A stretch of 39,691 nucleotides of DNA from positions 1 to 39,691 of the forward strand of contig PXSD01000072.1 in NCBI GenBank assembly GCA_003023165.1, read 5' to 3'. The DNA comes from Halobacteriales archaeon QS_9_67_15. GTDB lineage: Archaea > Halobacteriota > Halobacteria > Halobacteriales > Haloarculaceae. Shown one piece after another: positions 38,607 through 39,691 of this stretch. The translations under genes and the position numbers were made by a program. The notes below the pieces were generated by a model. The model saw nothing but the letters and a program-made list of their open reading frames with translations, was not told where the DNA came from and searched no databases. Every line of letters starts with the position of its first letter. The stretch's first letter is position 1.

Positions 38607-39691
38607 ATGACCGATTCCGCCCCGAACACTTCGCTACGGGGACTGACCGCAACGCTGTTACTCGCCAGTACGATGACCGCCATCTCGACCAGTGCGATCG
38701 CGCCGGCGCTGCCGGCCATTCGCACCCATTTTGCCGCTCTCAACACGCCGAATGTTGCCTTGCTCGTCGAACTCCTCGTCTCGATCACCGCCCTCTGTAC
38801 CGGCCTCGCCAGCCCGTTCACCGGAATAATCGCTGACCGCCTCGGCCGACGACCGCTACTGCTCGGCTCGCTCGGCCTCACTGTCATAGCTGGATCGGCT
38901 GGAGCCGTGCTCAATTCCCTGTGGGTAATTCTCTTCAGCCGGGCTCTGCTCGGCGTCGCTGTGGCTGGTGTGGTCGTCGCGGCGACGACACTGCTCACGG
39001 ACTACTTCGCCGGTGATCGGCGCGAAACCGTCCTCGGCTGGCAAGGAGCGATCGTGTTCTTCGCCGGAGGTGTATTCCTCCCGATTAGCGGGGCGCTTGC
39101 TGATATCGGCTGGCGGTTCACGTTTCTCGTTTACCTCGCGCCGAGCGTCTTAGTAGTACTCGGATTTTTCCTAGTCGACGAACCAGCTCCGACCAATCAC
39201 AATCCCTCTAAGAAAAACGATGAGTCGGTGACAGAGGTGGGTATCGAAGTATTCACTGCATCTGAGTTCCGTGAACGGCTCGCTCAGGTGCCGCTTGCCA
39301 AGCTCGCTACGATCTTTGCGACGATGTTCCTCGCACAGATCATCTACTTCTTACTACCAGTTCGGGGACCGTTTTACCTGCGGACGGTCGCCGCGGCGAG
39401 CGCTACTTCGATTGGCGTCGCCCTCGCCGGCACGCTATTGATTAGTGGGGTTGTTGCGCTCGAGTTCGATCGAGTAAGCCGTCGGATAGGGGTAGTAGGG
39501 GTGGTAGCACTGCACTTCGGAGTGATGAGCGTTGGATATGCCATTGTCGCGCTCGCAGGGACATACAGCGGGATCGCCTTTGGGTTAACCGTCGTCGGGG
39601 TAGGGTTGGGCCTGCAGTTACCTGCGTTCAATACGTGGACAGCAGCCTCGGTACCGGATGGACTGCGCGGGCGAGCACTCGGTTGGTTGAC
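38607..39691 (+). CDS. MFS transporter (partial, runs off the window end)
   Basis: Hand translation: MTDSAPNTSLRGLTATLLLASTMTAISTSAIAPALPAI..., MFS motif A GIIADRLGRRP, multiple TM segments, no stop seen before the window end. Confidence 0.88.
   Translation, partial: MTDSAPNTSLRGLTATLLLASTMTAISTSAIAPALPAIRTHFAALNTPNVALLVELLVSITALCTGLASPFTGIIADRLGRRPLLLGSLGLTVIAGSAGAVLNSLWVILFSRALLGVAVAGVVVAATTLLTDYFAGDRRETVLGWQGAIVFFAGGVFLPISGALADIGWRFTFLVYLAPSVLVVLGFFLVDEPAPTNHNPSKKNDESVTEVGIEVFTASEFRERLAQVPLAKLATIFATMFLAQIIYFLLPVRGPFYLRTVAAASATSIGVALAGTLLISGVVALEFDRVSRRIGVVGVVALHFGVMSVGYAIVALAGTYSGIAFGLTVVGVGLGLQLPAFNTWTAASVPDGLRGRALGWL

Overview
High-GC haloarchaeal (Halobacteria) chromosomal segment with acidic proteins, mostly core genes. 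In order: the 5' end of a surface-glycoprotein-type gene, glyoxalase, Drg GTPase, TrmB, TFB, the uL11/uL1/uL10/P1 ribosomal stalk genes, a 7TM-PAS histidine kinase, an acyl-CoA ligase, a TctA-like permease, cysS, the CbiX-like/DR2241 pair, Trm112, purA, the coxA cluster, a nuoJ1J2KLMN block lacking nuoABCDHI, a peroxiredoxin, a cytochrome P450, then a lower-GC tract with an MFS transporter running off the end. Four things stand out. (1) Two inverted copies of a 97-bp palindromic MITE/REP-like element whose outer arms covary. (2) Three short triloop-hairpin insertions sitting in-frame inside unrelated proteins (CbiX-like, NuoJ2, P450). (3) A dense set of genes collapsed by internal deletions (about 6-7 loci). 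(4) An in-frame TAG in the normally essential uL10/P0 gene. No rRNA, tRNA, CRISPR array or transposase was seen. Family names come from recalled motifs, not from a search.
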